DNA of 64,000 bases from Dehalococcoidia bacterium (GTDB lineage Bacteria > Chloroflexota > Dehalococcoidia > Plut-88900), in the NCBI GenBank assembly GCA_965197645.1, contig OZ240219.1:1984001-2048000 (forward strand), in the 5' to 3' direction. The position numbers and the translations under genes were made by a program. Positions 20,341 to 31,500 of this stretch are shown here, piece by piece. Under the pieces are notes generated by a model. It did not search any database and had not been told where the DNA came from. It saw only the letters and a list, made by a program, of their open reading frames with translations. Position 1 is the stretch's first letter; each line of letters starts with the position of its first letter.

Positions 20341-21033
20341 ATGTCACTTGGTGACGATCTGAAATCGGAAGTCAAAAAAGTCCTAAAGGAGAGATGGACG
20401 ACACGTCAAGGACGAGTCGTACCTGATCCTGAGGACTTGGGCCTTGGCAACGATGCCGTACTGCTAGACGGCACGGTTCTCTACGCGGATCTAAATGGCT
20501 CGACCAACTTGGTCGAAACTAGGAAGCCGGAGTTTGCAGCTAAAGTCTACAAGTGTTTTTTGACGTGCGCCGCCAGAATCATCCGAGCCGAAGGCGGAGA
20601 GATTACAGCGTATGACGGCGACCGAATCATGGCTGTATACCTAGGCAAATCCAAGAATACTGATGCTGCCTCTACTGCTCTTAAGATAAATTATTCAGTT
20701 GCGAAAATCATCAACCCTGCCCTAAAGGACCAGTATCGTGGCACTTCATATGCTGTACAACATGTAGTTGGCATCGACACCAGTAACCTCTTCGTGGCAC
20801 GGATTGGCGTTCGGGGAGATAATGACCTTGTGTGGGTCGGCCGAGCTGCTAACTACGCGGCTAAGCTGTCGGATGGAGCTGGCGCACCTAGTCAGATTAC
20901 CGCCGACGTTTACAGCAAAATGCGCAAGTCATCAAAGTATAGCGAAGACGGACGGAGTATGTGGGTACAAGCTACCGCTCCGGCACTAGGAAACAAGACG
21001 ATTTACACCTCAACCTGGCGGAGGACGATTTAA
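20341..21033 (+). CDS. pycC: Pycsar pyrimidine (probably uridylate) cyclase
   Basis: TVLYADLNGST, AYDGDR, VVGIDTS, RIGVRGDNDLVWVGRAANYAAKL; closely resembles Burkholderia cepacia PycC as recalled. Start placed at ATG 20341. Confidence 0.9.
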   Translation: MSLGDDLKSEVKKVLKERWTTRQGRVVPDPEDLGLGNDAVLLDGTVLYADLNGSTNLVETRKPEFAAKVYKCFLTCAARIIRAEGGEITAYDGDRIMAVYLGKSKNTDAASTALKINYSVAKIINPALKDQYRGTSYAVQHVVGIDTSNLFVARIGVRGDNDLVWVGRAANYAAKLSDGAGAPSQITADVYSKMRKSSKYSEDGRSMWVQATAPALGNKTIYTSTWRRTI

Positions 21034-21165
21034 CGGACACTGCAAAACCCTTGTGGATCATCGATTTCGGACATTGCCACGGGACCTCCGATCAGAGGAA
21101 TCACTGATCTAACCGCCAGGCATCTGGAGCACCGCTCCCATGACCGACCGCCAGGGCAGGAAGCG

Positions 21166-21745
21166 TCACGTGGAACACAGCATCGAGGCGTGGCGAGGCA
21201 GACTAAGTACGCGGAACACATCATCTGGTTCCTCTCGCTGCTTCATGCGGAGGTCCGGGTCCATGCCTTTGATGGCTTCGGTGATATCCAGCTGGCGCTG
21301 AAGACCTACCGGGAACAGTACGCTGATAATGTACTCATCCTCAGACACGCCCTCTCCGGGTCCGGGGGCATCGTCCAACGCATCCTTGAGGGCCATCTGG
21401 CAGACCAGCACGCCGTCGTGCCAGTCGGCGACTTCTTCCGGCGGATTCACTGCGTCCAGTCGCTCCGTGAAATCTTCCAAAGCCGCCGAGAATTTCTCGA
21501 GGGCGAAATCCCCGTCATCGGGCCCAGACGTAGCTCCGGCACATATCGCCGGTAGTCGTAGAGAGACGTTGGGGAAGTGTCTTGCACCCGGTCAGCCAGA
21601 GTCGACGCTGGGGTGCTCTTTGGGGTTTTATCCTCGTCGTCCCAACCTCCGAGGGCATAGAGCTATCCCCACAGGCGACAAAGGTCATCAGGATAACCGA
21701 TAGCGCCACCAGGGTTAAGAGACTGCGTATTCCGGACTTGCTCAT
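21166..21745 (-). pseudogene. Frameshifted lipoprotein gene
   Basis: Signal peptide and lipobox (MSKSGIR...FVAC) and a protein-like segment (VNPPEEVADWH) lie in different frames. Confidence 0.55.
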
Positions 21746-21859
21746 GACAGTGTGTTCTCCTGCCTTGGATTTTCAGCGATCAATTACCTCTCTCAGACCG
21801 TGCCGCGTGTCCATGAATTCATCTCCCTTGCGTTGCGGGCCGCGTCAGCCGGCGAACAG

Positions 21860-21910
21860 GTGACCGAGCCACATCTCAAAGATGGTGGTATCTACCGTAA
21901 GCGCTGGTGG
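21860..21910 (-). repeat. att-like / recombinase-tail scar, copy 3
   Basis: Minus strand reads PPALTVDTTIFEMWLG; ccacatctc.aaga...tctaccgt shared with copy 1. Confidence 0.5.
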
Positions 21911-21991
21911 ATTCGACTGTCCCGACCACCTGCCGCCGGCCGTGCTCCACACATGCCGCCTCTCTGCCCTTTGGTTGCTCCTCAGTGCGGA

Positions 21992-22636
21992 CTACCGCCG
22001 CCGTCTACGGATAAATGCCACACCGCCGCCTACTACCAGGACTACCCCGGCAGCCACCAGGACGATCAACCATGCCAGCACACCGCCAATCGACTCCTGT
22101 GCTGGAGGGGTCGGGGAAGCGGCCGTCGCCGGGGCGGCAGTCGGTTCGGGCGCCGAGGTGGCGGTTGGCGTGGGCGCGAGTGTGGGAGTGGGCGTCGGTG
22201 TCGGCGCCGAACCGACGCGGACCTGCGAGTCTCCGGTCACGCTGCTTTCCTGCCGGTCGACGTTCTTGATTTTGCCTGTGAAGGTATACTGCGCTTCCAC
22301 TGCAGGGACGGTCACGTTGTAGGTGAAACTGGTTTCCCCCAGGAGGTTGAACCGGATGGTCTGCCCATCTACCTCGATATGGGCATCCTCAAGGCTGGCG
22401 CTTACGAAGGTGAACCCCTCCGGCAACTCTTCGACCACTTGGCCGATGGGGCCGTCATTGCTCGTGGTGATTGTGATCCGCAGCTCGCTGCCGGGCGCAG
22501 CCCAGTCCTGCTGAAAGGTCCTAGTGGCGCTGTGGGACTGTGCCTCTACGCCGTCGGGCTGCGCCATCAGCCCAACGCCGCCCACAATGGCGGCGATTGC
22601 CAGGGCAGCAATTGCTCCAAGGGGAGTTCGGATCAA
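21992..22636 (-). CDS. Membrane-anchored surface protein with a cohesin/Ig-like beta-sandwich domain
   Basis: RBS AGGAGG + TTG; signal peptide, beta-rich domain (GQVVEELPEGFTFV...SFTYNVT), Pro/Thr linker, C-terminal TM helix and RRRRR. Confidence 0.8.
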   Translation of the reverse strand: MIRTPLGAIAALAIAAIVGGVGLMAQPDGVEAQSHSATRTFQQDWAAPGSELRITITTSNDGPIGQVVEELPEGFTFVSASLEDAHIEVDGQTIRFNLLGETSFTYNVTVPAVEAQYTFTGKIKNVDRQESSVTGDSQVRVGSAPTPTPTPTLAPTPTATSAPEPTAAPATAASPTPPAQESIGGVLAWLIVLVAAGVVLVVGGGVAFIRRRRR

Positions 22637-22675
22637 TTCGTCCTCCTGTTTGCCGGCGTGACGCCTCTGCCCCCG

Positions 22676-25597
22676 CTACGCAGCAAAATAGCGCGCGACA
22701 AGCGCCAGAACGTCGTCTTTCTCTATGACGCCGGCGAAGTAATCGGAAACCGCTGCTAGAACCTCGTCCTTCTCAATTGTTCCGTTGCGATTGAGGTCGT
22801 AGCGAATGGCCGGCGGCTCAGGCTCGGTGATCCGTATGGACACCTCGATATCCACCGTGATGATCGATCCTCCGACCGAGGCGGCCGAGGCGCTCAGCGT
22901 GACAGTGTAGCTGTCTCCCTCCTCTAGCGAAACTGCCAGCCCGACGCGAATCTGCCCCGTACTCTCGTCTACAGTGAACTTGGCGGAGTCGGTCCGGCTC
23001 AGCGAATATGTGAGGCGGGAGTTGTTGGGGTGCGTCGCTACAACGGGGTTGCCCACAGCATCGCCGGGCCGCGCGCTCGCCGGCAACAGGCGCGTCGTGC
23101 TGGAGCCTTCGGCGAAGCCCGGCGGATCAATCTGGGGGACGGCTATGCCTCCGCTACCACCACCACCGCCTCCGCCACCGTTGCCGCTTGAAGTCCGCTG
23201 GGCAACCGCCGTCACGGTGATGGTCACCGTGACTGTCGCGTCAACTCCGACGTCGGTGGACTGGTAATCAGGGCCATAGCCATCGTGAACGCGAACGTCC
23301 ACTGAGTACGAGTTCGTCCCTTCAAGGTCATAATCCAGGACGGCCTTGGTCAGGATCTGGCCATTGTCCGGGTTGATGTCGAAGAGTAAGTCGTCCGTCC
23401 CGTCCAGCGAGTACGTGAGCACGTCACCCGTGTCCTCGTCGGCTGCCTGCACGGGTGCGCCGACGTTCCGGCCCGCAGCCGTCCCTTGGCCGACCGAGCG
23501 CTCAGGCGCAGTCTCAGTAAATGTGGGGGCGTTGTTGGATGCGGGTCTGTCATTCGAATCTTCAATCCGCCCTGTCACCGCGGCGGAGGCCTCCTTTCCG
23601 CTGCCCCGGTTGTCCTCGTATGTGACGGTGACCCGCAGGTACCGGTCCACGTCGTCCGAGGTCGCGATGTAGGTGCTCGACGCGGCGCCTGAGATGTCTT
23701 CCCAGCTCGATCGGTTGGAGGACCGCTCCCACTGCCACGTCTCGCCGGTGATTCCGCTGTCGTCGTCATGAAGCCCGGCCGTGAATATCGTGCCGTCCCA
23801 CCCCCGTGGTGGCTCGATGGTGATCGTCCCCTCCTCCTCCGCATCCGTCACGGTGACGGTCACGGCCAGAAAGCCTGACAGGGGTGTCGTCTCGTCGTCG
23901 GTGGCGGTGATGGTGACTGTGTAATTCATCTGAGGCTCGAAGCTGGGCGGCGAGCGGAAGTAGAGCTGGCCTCGTTGGGATATCCAGAAGTTGTTGGTGT
24001 CGCTGACCGTCCACGTGAGCGTGTCGCGCTCCGGATCCGTGCCGGTGTACGTCGCGATAGCCCCGTTGGCGTCCTCCTGGAATGACGGCGTATCGTCGCC
24101 CGTGACCACAGGCGCCTCATTGACGTTGGTCACGGTGATGGTCACGCTTTGCCTGTCGTCGACCGCGTTCATGTCGTCGTCGCCGTTCTGGTCCCTGCCG
24201 TCGGTGACTTCCACGGTAACGCGGTACGTCCGCTTGCCCTCGTAGTCCAGCGTCCCATTCTGCGTCAGCCTGATCTGGCCGGAGCCCGCATCGATGGTGA
24301 ACGAAGCTGCGTCCGTCCCGGTCAGCGAGTAGACGAGTGGGTCATTGACATTCGAGTCCCCGGCGTTCAGGTCGGTAGCCTCCACGGGGGCCCCGACTGT
24401 CGTGCCGCCCGCTGAGTTCTCCTCCACTTCGCGCCGGCCGTTCTCCGACGACGGGAACACCGGCGCCGAGTTCACCGGCGGCGGGTCTCCCACGCGCGCC
24501 GATACCTTCTCGGCCGTCTTGTTCGGGCCGTGGTCGTCGGTGTACGACGCCGTCGCGCGGATGTAGTTGCCTCGGTCCTCCTCCAGCGTCGGCGTGTGCA
24601 TGGCGGACGTTGTGCCCTGGATGTTGACCCAGTCCGTCCGCCCGTTCGGCGAGCGCGCCCACTGCCAGGTGAGGCTGCCCGTGGTGACGCCGTCGTCATC
24701 TTCCAGCACCGCCGTCACCTCGACGCGGGCCTGGATCGACTGGGTGTCGGTGGTGAGCGTTATCGTCCCGGGCTCTTCCATGTTCTCCACCGTGATCGTC
24801 ACCGCCTGCGTGTCGTCGATGGTGGTGGACGTGGCGCCGGAGCCGTCCCGCCCGTCGTGTACCTCTACGATGACGCTGTACCTGAGCTTCGTCTCGAAGT
24901 CCAGGTTGTCCTTAACCCGGATCTGGCCCGTCCTCTCCACTATCATGAAGGCGTCGGCGTCCGTGTCCGTGCCGGCCAGCCTGTACGTCAGATTCTCATT
25001 CTCCGGGTCGTCAGCGGCCACGGGAGCGCCGATGTTTGCGCCCGCCCTGCTGTTCTCAGGCACGGTGCGCTCGCCGGTCTCGGTGGACGGGAAACGGGGG
25101 CGCCGGTTCTCGCTCGGAACGGGGTCGTCCGTCACCGCCTCCGCGCTCTTTCCGGCGCCGCGCCGGTCCGTGTAGGTTACCGTCGCCCGCAGGAAAAAGT
25201 CCTCATCGGCCACGGTTGGCGTGTAGCTGCTGAACGTGGCCCCCGAGATGTTGGTCCAGCCGGTGAGCCCGTTCTCGGACCGCGCCCTCTGCCATATCTC
25301 GCCGGTGACGCCGCCGTCGCCGTCCTCGAGGGTTGCGGTCAACGGCATCTCCGTCTCCGGCTCATCGGTCGAGAGGGTGACGACCCCGTCCTCCTCCACG
25401 TCCACGACAAAGATGTCCGCCGACCTGGTGGCGTCGATCGAGGAGTCGGCGATCTCGACGTTGTTTGCGTCAACGCCCTTGCCGTCGTGCAGCGTCAGGT
25501 AAAAGAACAGGGGTCCCGGCGTCGTTTCGAAGTCCAACGCCTGGGCGAGGCGGACCTGCCCGGTGGACGGGTCGATCTCGAAGAGCGCGGCATCCAG
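22676..25597 (-). CDS. C-terminal in-frame continuation of the cadherin adhesin, ending in a dockerin/EF-hand-like module
   Basis: Same frame as 25598-31648 past a single TGA; cadherin motifs (LDFE/LDYE, VNEAP); tail YDLNRNGTIEKDEVLAAVSDYF; no signal peptide of its own. Confidence 0.75.
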   Translation of the reverse strand: MDAALFEIDPSTGQVRLAQALDFETTPGPLFFYLTLHDGKGVDANNVEIADSSIDATRSADIFVVDVEEDGVVTLSTDEPETEMPLTATLEDGDGGVTGEIWQRARSENGLTGWTNISGATFSSYTPTVADEDFFLRATVTYTDRRGAGKSAEAVTDDPVPSENRRPRFPSTETGERTVPENSRAGANIGAPVAADDPENENLTYRLAGTDTDADAFMIVERTGQIRVKDNLDFETKLRYSVIVEVHDGRDGSGATSTTIDDTQAVTITVENMEEPGTITLTTDTQSIQARVEVTAVLEDDDGVTTGSLTWQWARSPNGRTDWVNIQGTTSAMHTPTLEEDRGNYIRATASYTDDHGPNKTAEKVSARVGDPPPVNSAPVFPSSENGRREVEENSAGGTTVGAPVEATDLNAGDSNVNDPLVYSLTGTDAASFTIDAGSGQIRLTQNGTLDYEGKRTYRVTVEVTDGRDQNGDDDMNAVDDRQSVTITVTNVNEAPVVTGDDTPSFQEDANGAIATYTGTDPERDTLTWTVSDTNNFWISQRGQLYFRSPPSFEPQMNYTVTITATDDETTPLSGFLAVTVTVTDAEEEGTITIEPPRGWDGTIFTAGLHDDDSGITGETWQWERSSNRSSWEDISGAASSTYIATSDDVDRYLRVTVTYEDNRGSGKEASAAVTGRIEDSNDRPASNNAPTFTETAPERSVGQGTAAGRNVGAPVQAADEDTGDVLTYSLDGTDDLLFDINPDNGQILTKAVLDYDLEGTNSYSVDVRVHDGYGPDYQSTDVGVDATVTVTITVTAVAQRTSSGNGGGGGGGGSGGIAVPQIDPPGFAEGSSTTRLLPASARPGDAVGNPVVATHPNNSRLTYSLSRTDSAKFTVDESTGQIRVGLAVSLEEGDSYTVTLSASAASVGGSIITVDIEVSIRITEPEPPAIRYDLNRNGTIEKDEVLAAVSDYFAGVIEKDDVLALVARYFAA

Positions 25598-28500
25598 TCA
25601 GGACTGGATGCCGTACGTCAGGGCGTCGTTGTCACGGTCAGTCGCGGAAGTGGGGGTGCCGACGGCCCCGCCTGCGGGGCCCTCCTCGACAGACCAGGAG
25701 CTGACCCCCCGGAACCTTGGCGGCGCGTTGGCGATGGGATTAGCCGTTACCTCCGCAGTCTCTGCGCTCAGGGTCGTCTTCCCCGACCCTCTGCGGTCAG
25801 TGTAGGTGACCATGGCGCGGATCGCCTTCCCTGTGACGTCCTCGTCAACGACCCACGGGAAGGTCGTCGAGGCGGGGGTGAGTACGCCGGAGACCCTCGT
25901 CCATGATCCCCCGGTCGCCAGTGATTGGATAACCCAGGTGATGATGGCGGTGCTGGAGGCGTCGATGTTGCCGTCCGGGTCGGTCAGCCTGAAGGTCAAT
26001 GTCTCTCCCACCGCCGGACTCAGGTTGTCCACCGCGAGGGTGCCGGCCTCCTCCACGTCCCCGACAGTCACCGTGACGGTGACACTAACGTTGCGGCGAC
26101 TCGAGCCACTCCGGATGTCGGTGGCGACCACGCTGAACTCGTAGACGTTGTTGCCTCCGGAGTCCTCCGGCGCCTCGTAGTTGGGCGTCTTGACGAAGGT
26201 GACGACGCCGTCGGCGCTGATGGCAAAATCGCGCCTGTCCGTGCCAGTGAGCGACCAGGTCACCCCGACCTCCTCGTCGCGGGCGTCGTAGTCCGCCAGG
26301 TCCATCACAACGTAGTTGTCGTTCACGTCATGCTCATCGAGGGTTATCGCCGTTTCGGGAGTCCCGGTAAACTCCGGGATCTCGTTCACGTCCGTCACCG
26401 TGACGACGACGGCGTATTCCGTGGTCTTCTTGTCGGTGGCGTCGTCAAAAGCCCGCACGATGATGGAGTAGGTGTTGCTGCTGCCGTCACCTGCGTCGTC
26501 GTCGCGAGGGTGCTCGAAGTTGGGCAACGGGCCCTGGCCGAAGCCGGCGTCCTGCTTGAAGGTCAGAACGCCGGTCGTGGCGTCGATTTCCAGGTAGGCC
26601 GCGTCCGTGCCGACAAGCGCCCACCCGATGGTGTCCCCGTCGTCATAGTCGGTGGCGGTGAACGTGTGGACGTCGGGCCGCGTCCCCGTGAAGTCGTACT
26701 CGATCTCCATGTAGGTCTGCGGCGCGTTGAAATTCTCGTCGATGTCCGGCCGCTCGTTCACGTCGGTGACGGTGACGACAACCTCGAGCTCCCTGGTGTT
26801 CGAGGCGGTGTCCCTTGCCCTCACGGTGACGTTGTACACGTTGTCGCCGCCATTGTCCGCGGGCATCTCGAAGTTGGGCCGCTGGGCAAACGACAGGACT
26901 CCGGTACTGCTGTTGATGGTGAAGTCGCCGGCGTCCGTGCCCGTCCTTGACCACGTGATGGTCTGGCCCTCCTCGTCGCGCCCCTCGTAGTCGGCCACTG
27001 TGAGGTCTGCCGAAGTCGCGTCGTACTCGATCTCCATGAACGACGGGGCGGTATGGCTCGCCGCCGTGGTCGTGATCTCCGGCGTCTCATCAACGTTGGT
27101 GACTGTTACTGTGACGGGGAAGTCCCCGACACCGCCCTGGCCGTCATCCGCCTCCACGACGATCACATACTCGTTGTCAGAGCCGAAGGGGTTCTCAAAG
27201 TCGGGCCGCATGTTGAAGCTGAGGACGCCGGTCGAGCTGCCGATATTGAAGTGCGCCGAGTCTCCTGAGCTGTTGAGGCCCCAGGTGATGGTGTCGGCTG
27301 GATTTGTGTCCTCGTCCGTATAGGTATAGGTGCCGATGGTGAGGTCCGGGGAGGTGGCGTCGTACTCGATCTCCGCGAAATCCGGGTTCGGGACCCCGCT
27401 GACCACCGGCGCCTCGTTCACGTCTTCGACCGTGATCGCGACCCCCTGCGTGTCCTCGATCCGTGGAGACCCGTTGTCCCGGACCGGCACCGTCACGTCG
27501 TACACGTTGTCGGTGCCGGTGTCTGCCGGGACCTCGAAGTTGGGCACGACTCTGAAGTGGAGCGTGGCCGTACCGTTCACGGTCGATTCGATTCTGAAGT
27601 CACCAGCGTCGTTGCCCTGCAAGTCCCACGACATTGTCCCCGTCGTCGCGTCCGGGTCCGCCGCCACGTAGGTGGCGATGATCTCCGTAGTTGGCGTGTT
27701 CTCGTCCTTGGCGATGGTGGCCGGGCCGCTCGTGACCTCCGGCGTCTCGTTGACGTCAGTCACCGTGACGTCTAAGTCGTGCTTGTCGAACAGGCCGCCG
27801 CCGTCGGTGACCTTCACGGTCACGTCGTAGACGTTGTTGGCGCCGGCATCCTGCTTATTCTCAAAGTCGGGCGCGTTCTTGAAGGAGAGTGCGCCGGTCG
27901 TGGAGTTGATGTCAAACTTGCCCCCGTCGTCGGCGGTCTCCACCGACCACATGAGCGTATCCGACGCGTCTACGTCATCCGCCGCAAACGTATGGACGGC
28001 GGTCGAGTTCTCGGGTACCGACCTTGTGGCCGGGGGAGACGTGATCACCGGTGCCTCGTTAACGTCGGTCACATGGAGGTTGACCCCAATGGTGTCTTCC
28101 TTTCTTGGAGAACCGTTGTCCCTGACCCTCACCGTGAAGATGTATACGTTGGGGTTGGTCCCGAGCGAGCCTTTCGGGTCCTCGAAGTCAGGCACGTTCC
28201 TGAACTTGAGCTCCCCTTGCCCTTGGGCGTTCGTCGTGATTCTGAAGTCGCCCGCGTCAGCGCCTTGCAGGTCCCATGTCAACGTGGTGTTCGCGTCTAC
28301 GTCTGTCGCTTCGAATGTCTCGATGACCTCCGATGTCGCCGTGTTCTCAGCTTCGCTAAAGATGTAGGCTGCCCCAGAATTGGTCGTGATCTCGGGCGCT
28401 TCATTGACGTTGGTCACTGTGACCGTGAACGTGTGCGTGTCACTCATTGCGGGAGAGCCGTCGTCTGTGACCTTCATCGTTACGACGTAGGTGTTGTTCA

Positions 28501-31500
28501 TGGCCGTGTCGCCCACGTCGGTCGGCGTCTCGAAGTCCGGCGCGTTCTTGAAGGATAGCGACGTGACCACGCCGGTCGTGGCGTTGATCTCAAACTTGCC
28601 CCCGTCGTCATCGGACCCTATGGACCAAGTGAGCGTGGTCGACGTGTCATCGTCCGACGCTGTAGCCCCGATAACCAAGGTCTCGTTCTCTTGCTTGTTG
28701 ACCGTAGTCTCGGTGTTCGTGATCTCCGGCGCCTCATTGACGTTGGTCAGGTCGATGGTCACGGCGATGGTGTCGTCGTTTGCGGTGTCGGCGTTGCCGA
28801 CCGCGTCCTTGCTGTCGCGCACGTTCACGGTCACGCTGTAGCTGTTCTTGGTGGCCTCGAAGTCGAAGGTGTGCGTGGACCCAGTCTTGACCTTGATCTG
28901 ACCGCTCGAGTCGATCTCGAAGCGAGCTGCGTCCGTGCCGCTCAGCGAGTAGGTCAGCGTGTCCGAGTCGCCGTCCGTGGCAGTGACAACACCTCCGACC
29001 ACATCAACGCCCGCTCCGCTGTTCTCTGGCAGCGTGCGGGTAGCTGTCGTGGCGCTGAAGGAAGGCTCGGCGTTGCTGGCCCCCACCGCGCTGCTCGACA
29101 CGGCGCTGGCGGTCTTGTTGGTCGCACTCTGAGGGTCCTTGTAGATCACCGTGGCCCGCAGGTATTTGCCCACGTCCGCGGCCACCGGCGTGTAGCTGGC
29201 GGAGGTGGCCCCGCTGATGTTGCTGAACGACCCGGTGGCCGTGTTCCCCCGCGCCCACCGCCACGATGGGCTGGAGACGGTCCCGTCGGGGTCGGTCACC
29301 GATGCGGTTGCCGCCGTACCCCCGGTGAAGGTGGCCGGCAGCGTCACCGTCCCGGCCTCGTCCTTGTTGTTGACGGAGATGGTGACGGCTATCGTGGCAT
29401 CGACGGTGGTGTCGGCGACGCCAATGGCGCTCTTGCCGTCGTGCACGGTCACGTTCACCGAGTAGCTGCTATCGGTCTCAAAGTCCAGGGAGGCGCTCGT
29501 CTTCAGCTGGCCGCTGGTCGTGTCGATGGTAAAGGATGACGCGTCCGTGCCGGTCAGCCCGTAGACCAGCGTATCGCTTTCGGGGTCGGTGGCCGCAACG
29601 GCAGCGCCGATGTTCGCGGCCGAGGCTGTGTTCTCGTCCACGCTGCGCGTCGTAGGCGCGGTGTCGGTGAAGGCCGGCGGGTTGTTGACCACCTCCAGCA
29701 GGTAGACGACGGTCTCCTGGCCGATGGTCCACTCGACGTCCCCTTCGACGGCTGCCCAGCTCACGAAGATTTGGCCCCCGGACACGGTAGTTACCTCGTC
29801 CGTCACAAGCCACTCGCGGCCCGTGTCGACGATCCACGCCTCCTCTTCGTCAGCGCCCGGGACCGGGCTCATGGCGAAAAGGAGGCCAGAGGACGGGAGA
29901 GGGCCAAAATCGATTTGGTCGATTGTGTAGGTGTCCGAACCGTAGGTGAACTTGAAGGGGCTGAGGAAACCATCATTGTTGGAGACGTTAACGCCGACCG
30001 CGCCGGCGCCGCGGTCCCCGGGCGTGAGCGTTCCCAGCCAGAGCAGCTTGCGGGTGGCGCCGGAGGCGACGACCTCGTGAGTCTCAGCGCTGGTCAGCGA
30101 CTCCGAGTAGCCTTCGTCGTCGGTGAACGTCACCGTGAGGCTGATGGCGTCTCCCACCTCGGATGCCGTGAGCGTGTAGGTCGATGAGGTCGCGCCCGAT
30201 ATGGCCGTGCCGCCGGCAAACCACTTGTAGGAGAGAGTGCCCACGCCGTCGGCGTCGGCGATGCCCGCGGTGTCCGCCGTCAGGACCTCGTCTTGCTGAA
30301 GCACGCCGCTGATGGAGGGCGCGCCAGTGGCCCGGTTGTTGAGGTCCTCCAGAAGGTAGACGACGGCCTCCGTGCCGATGCTCCAGCCGGGGTTCCCAAA
30401 GGTAGATAGCCATTCACTTCGTACGTTCGGAGTACCCAGGGTCGAGTCAATATGCTTCGCGTCGAACAGCGCGAATGCCCCGCCCGCGTCGATGATCCAC
30501 TTCACTCGTTCCTCAGCCCCCGGACCCGGCCTGACTACGATAGCGAGGCCAAAGCCAGCTTTATATTCGATCGTTTCGAACGCGTGGGTGGTCGAACCGT
30601 CGATGAACGACGTGGGGCTGAGGGAACCAGACATTGTGTCTACAAAGCCGATGTAGCTGAGACCGACGTCCGCGGGCGTCAGCGTTCCCACCCAGAGCAG
30701 CTTGCGGGTGGCGCCGGAGGCAACGACGTTGGGGGTCTCAGCGCTGGTCAGCGACTCCGCGTTGCTCGCGCCGTCGGTGAACGTCACCGTGAGGCTGATG
30801 GCGTCGCCCACCTCGGATGCCGTGAGGGTGTAGGTGGAGGAGGTCGCGCCCGATATGGCCGTGCCGTCGGCGAGCCACTGGTAGGCGAACGTGCCCAGAA
30901 CGTCGAGGTCGGCGATGCCCACGGTGTCCGCCGTCAGGACCTCGTCCTCCTCGAGCACGCCGCTGATGGAGGGCGCGCCGGTGGCCGGGTTGTTGACTGC
31001 GTAGCCCCTGACGGCCAGTTGGTGGTTAAAATTGGCGTTTTTAACCCACGCGGTCCCGGGGGTCACAACCACATAGCTGTCATCCCCGATTGTCCAGCCC
31101 GTCGCGCCGCCGGTGTCCTCGTTGTCGTCGGCAGTAACGTCCAAAGAGATAGTGGATGTTGCGGTGTTCGCCACCCGCTGAACCACCGCAACATAGGTCG
31201 TTTCCGCCGTAAGCGTTTCGCACGGGTCCGTGGTCGGCGCATCGAACTGTTGCACGCCGGAGCCGGAGAAGATCCCCGGGTCGGTCAGCGTGCACAGCAC
31301 AGCGTCCGGATTGCCGCTGCTGTCCACCCCGTTCAGCGTCACAGCCAGGTCGGTGCCTGCTGTCGAGATGCTGTTGATGCTGCCGAAGCTGAAGCCAATG
31401 GAGCTCAGCGTGTAGCCTGCGGGGTTGGCGCCGGTGGTGAACGCCTGGGCACGTATGGAGTTGCCACCGACGCCCATACCGTAGTCACCGCTGTCGGCCT

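Noticed and set aside
25598-25600. Selenocysteine recoding of the TGA
   Set aside because: The codon lies in the hairpin apex rather than upstream of a SECIS, and the position is a non-catalytic loop of a cadherin repeat.
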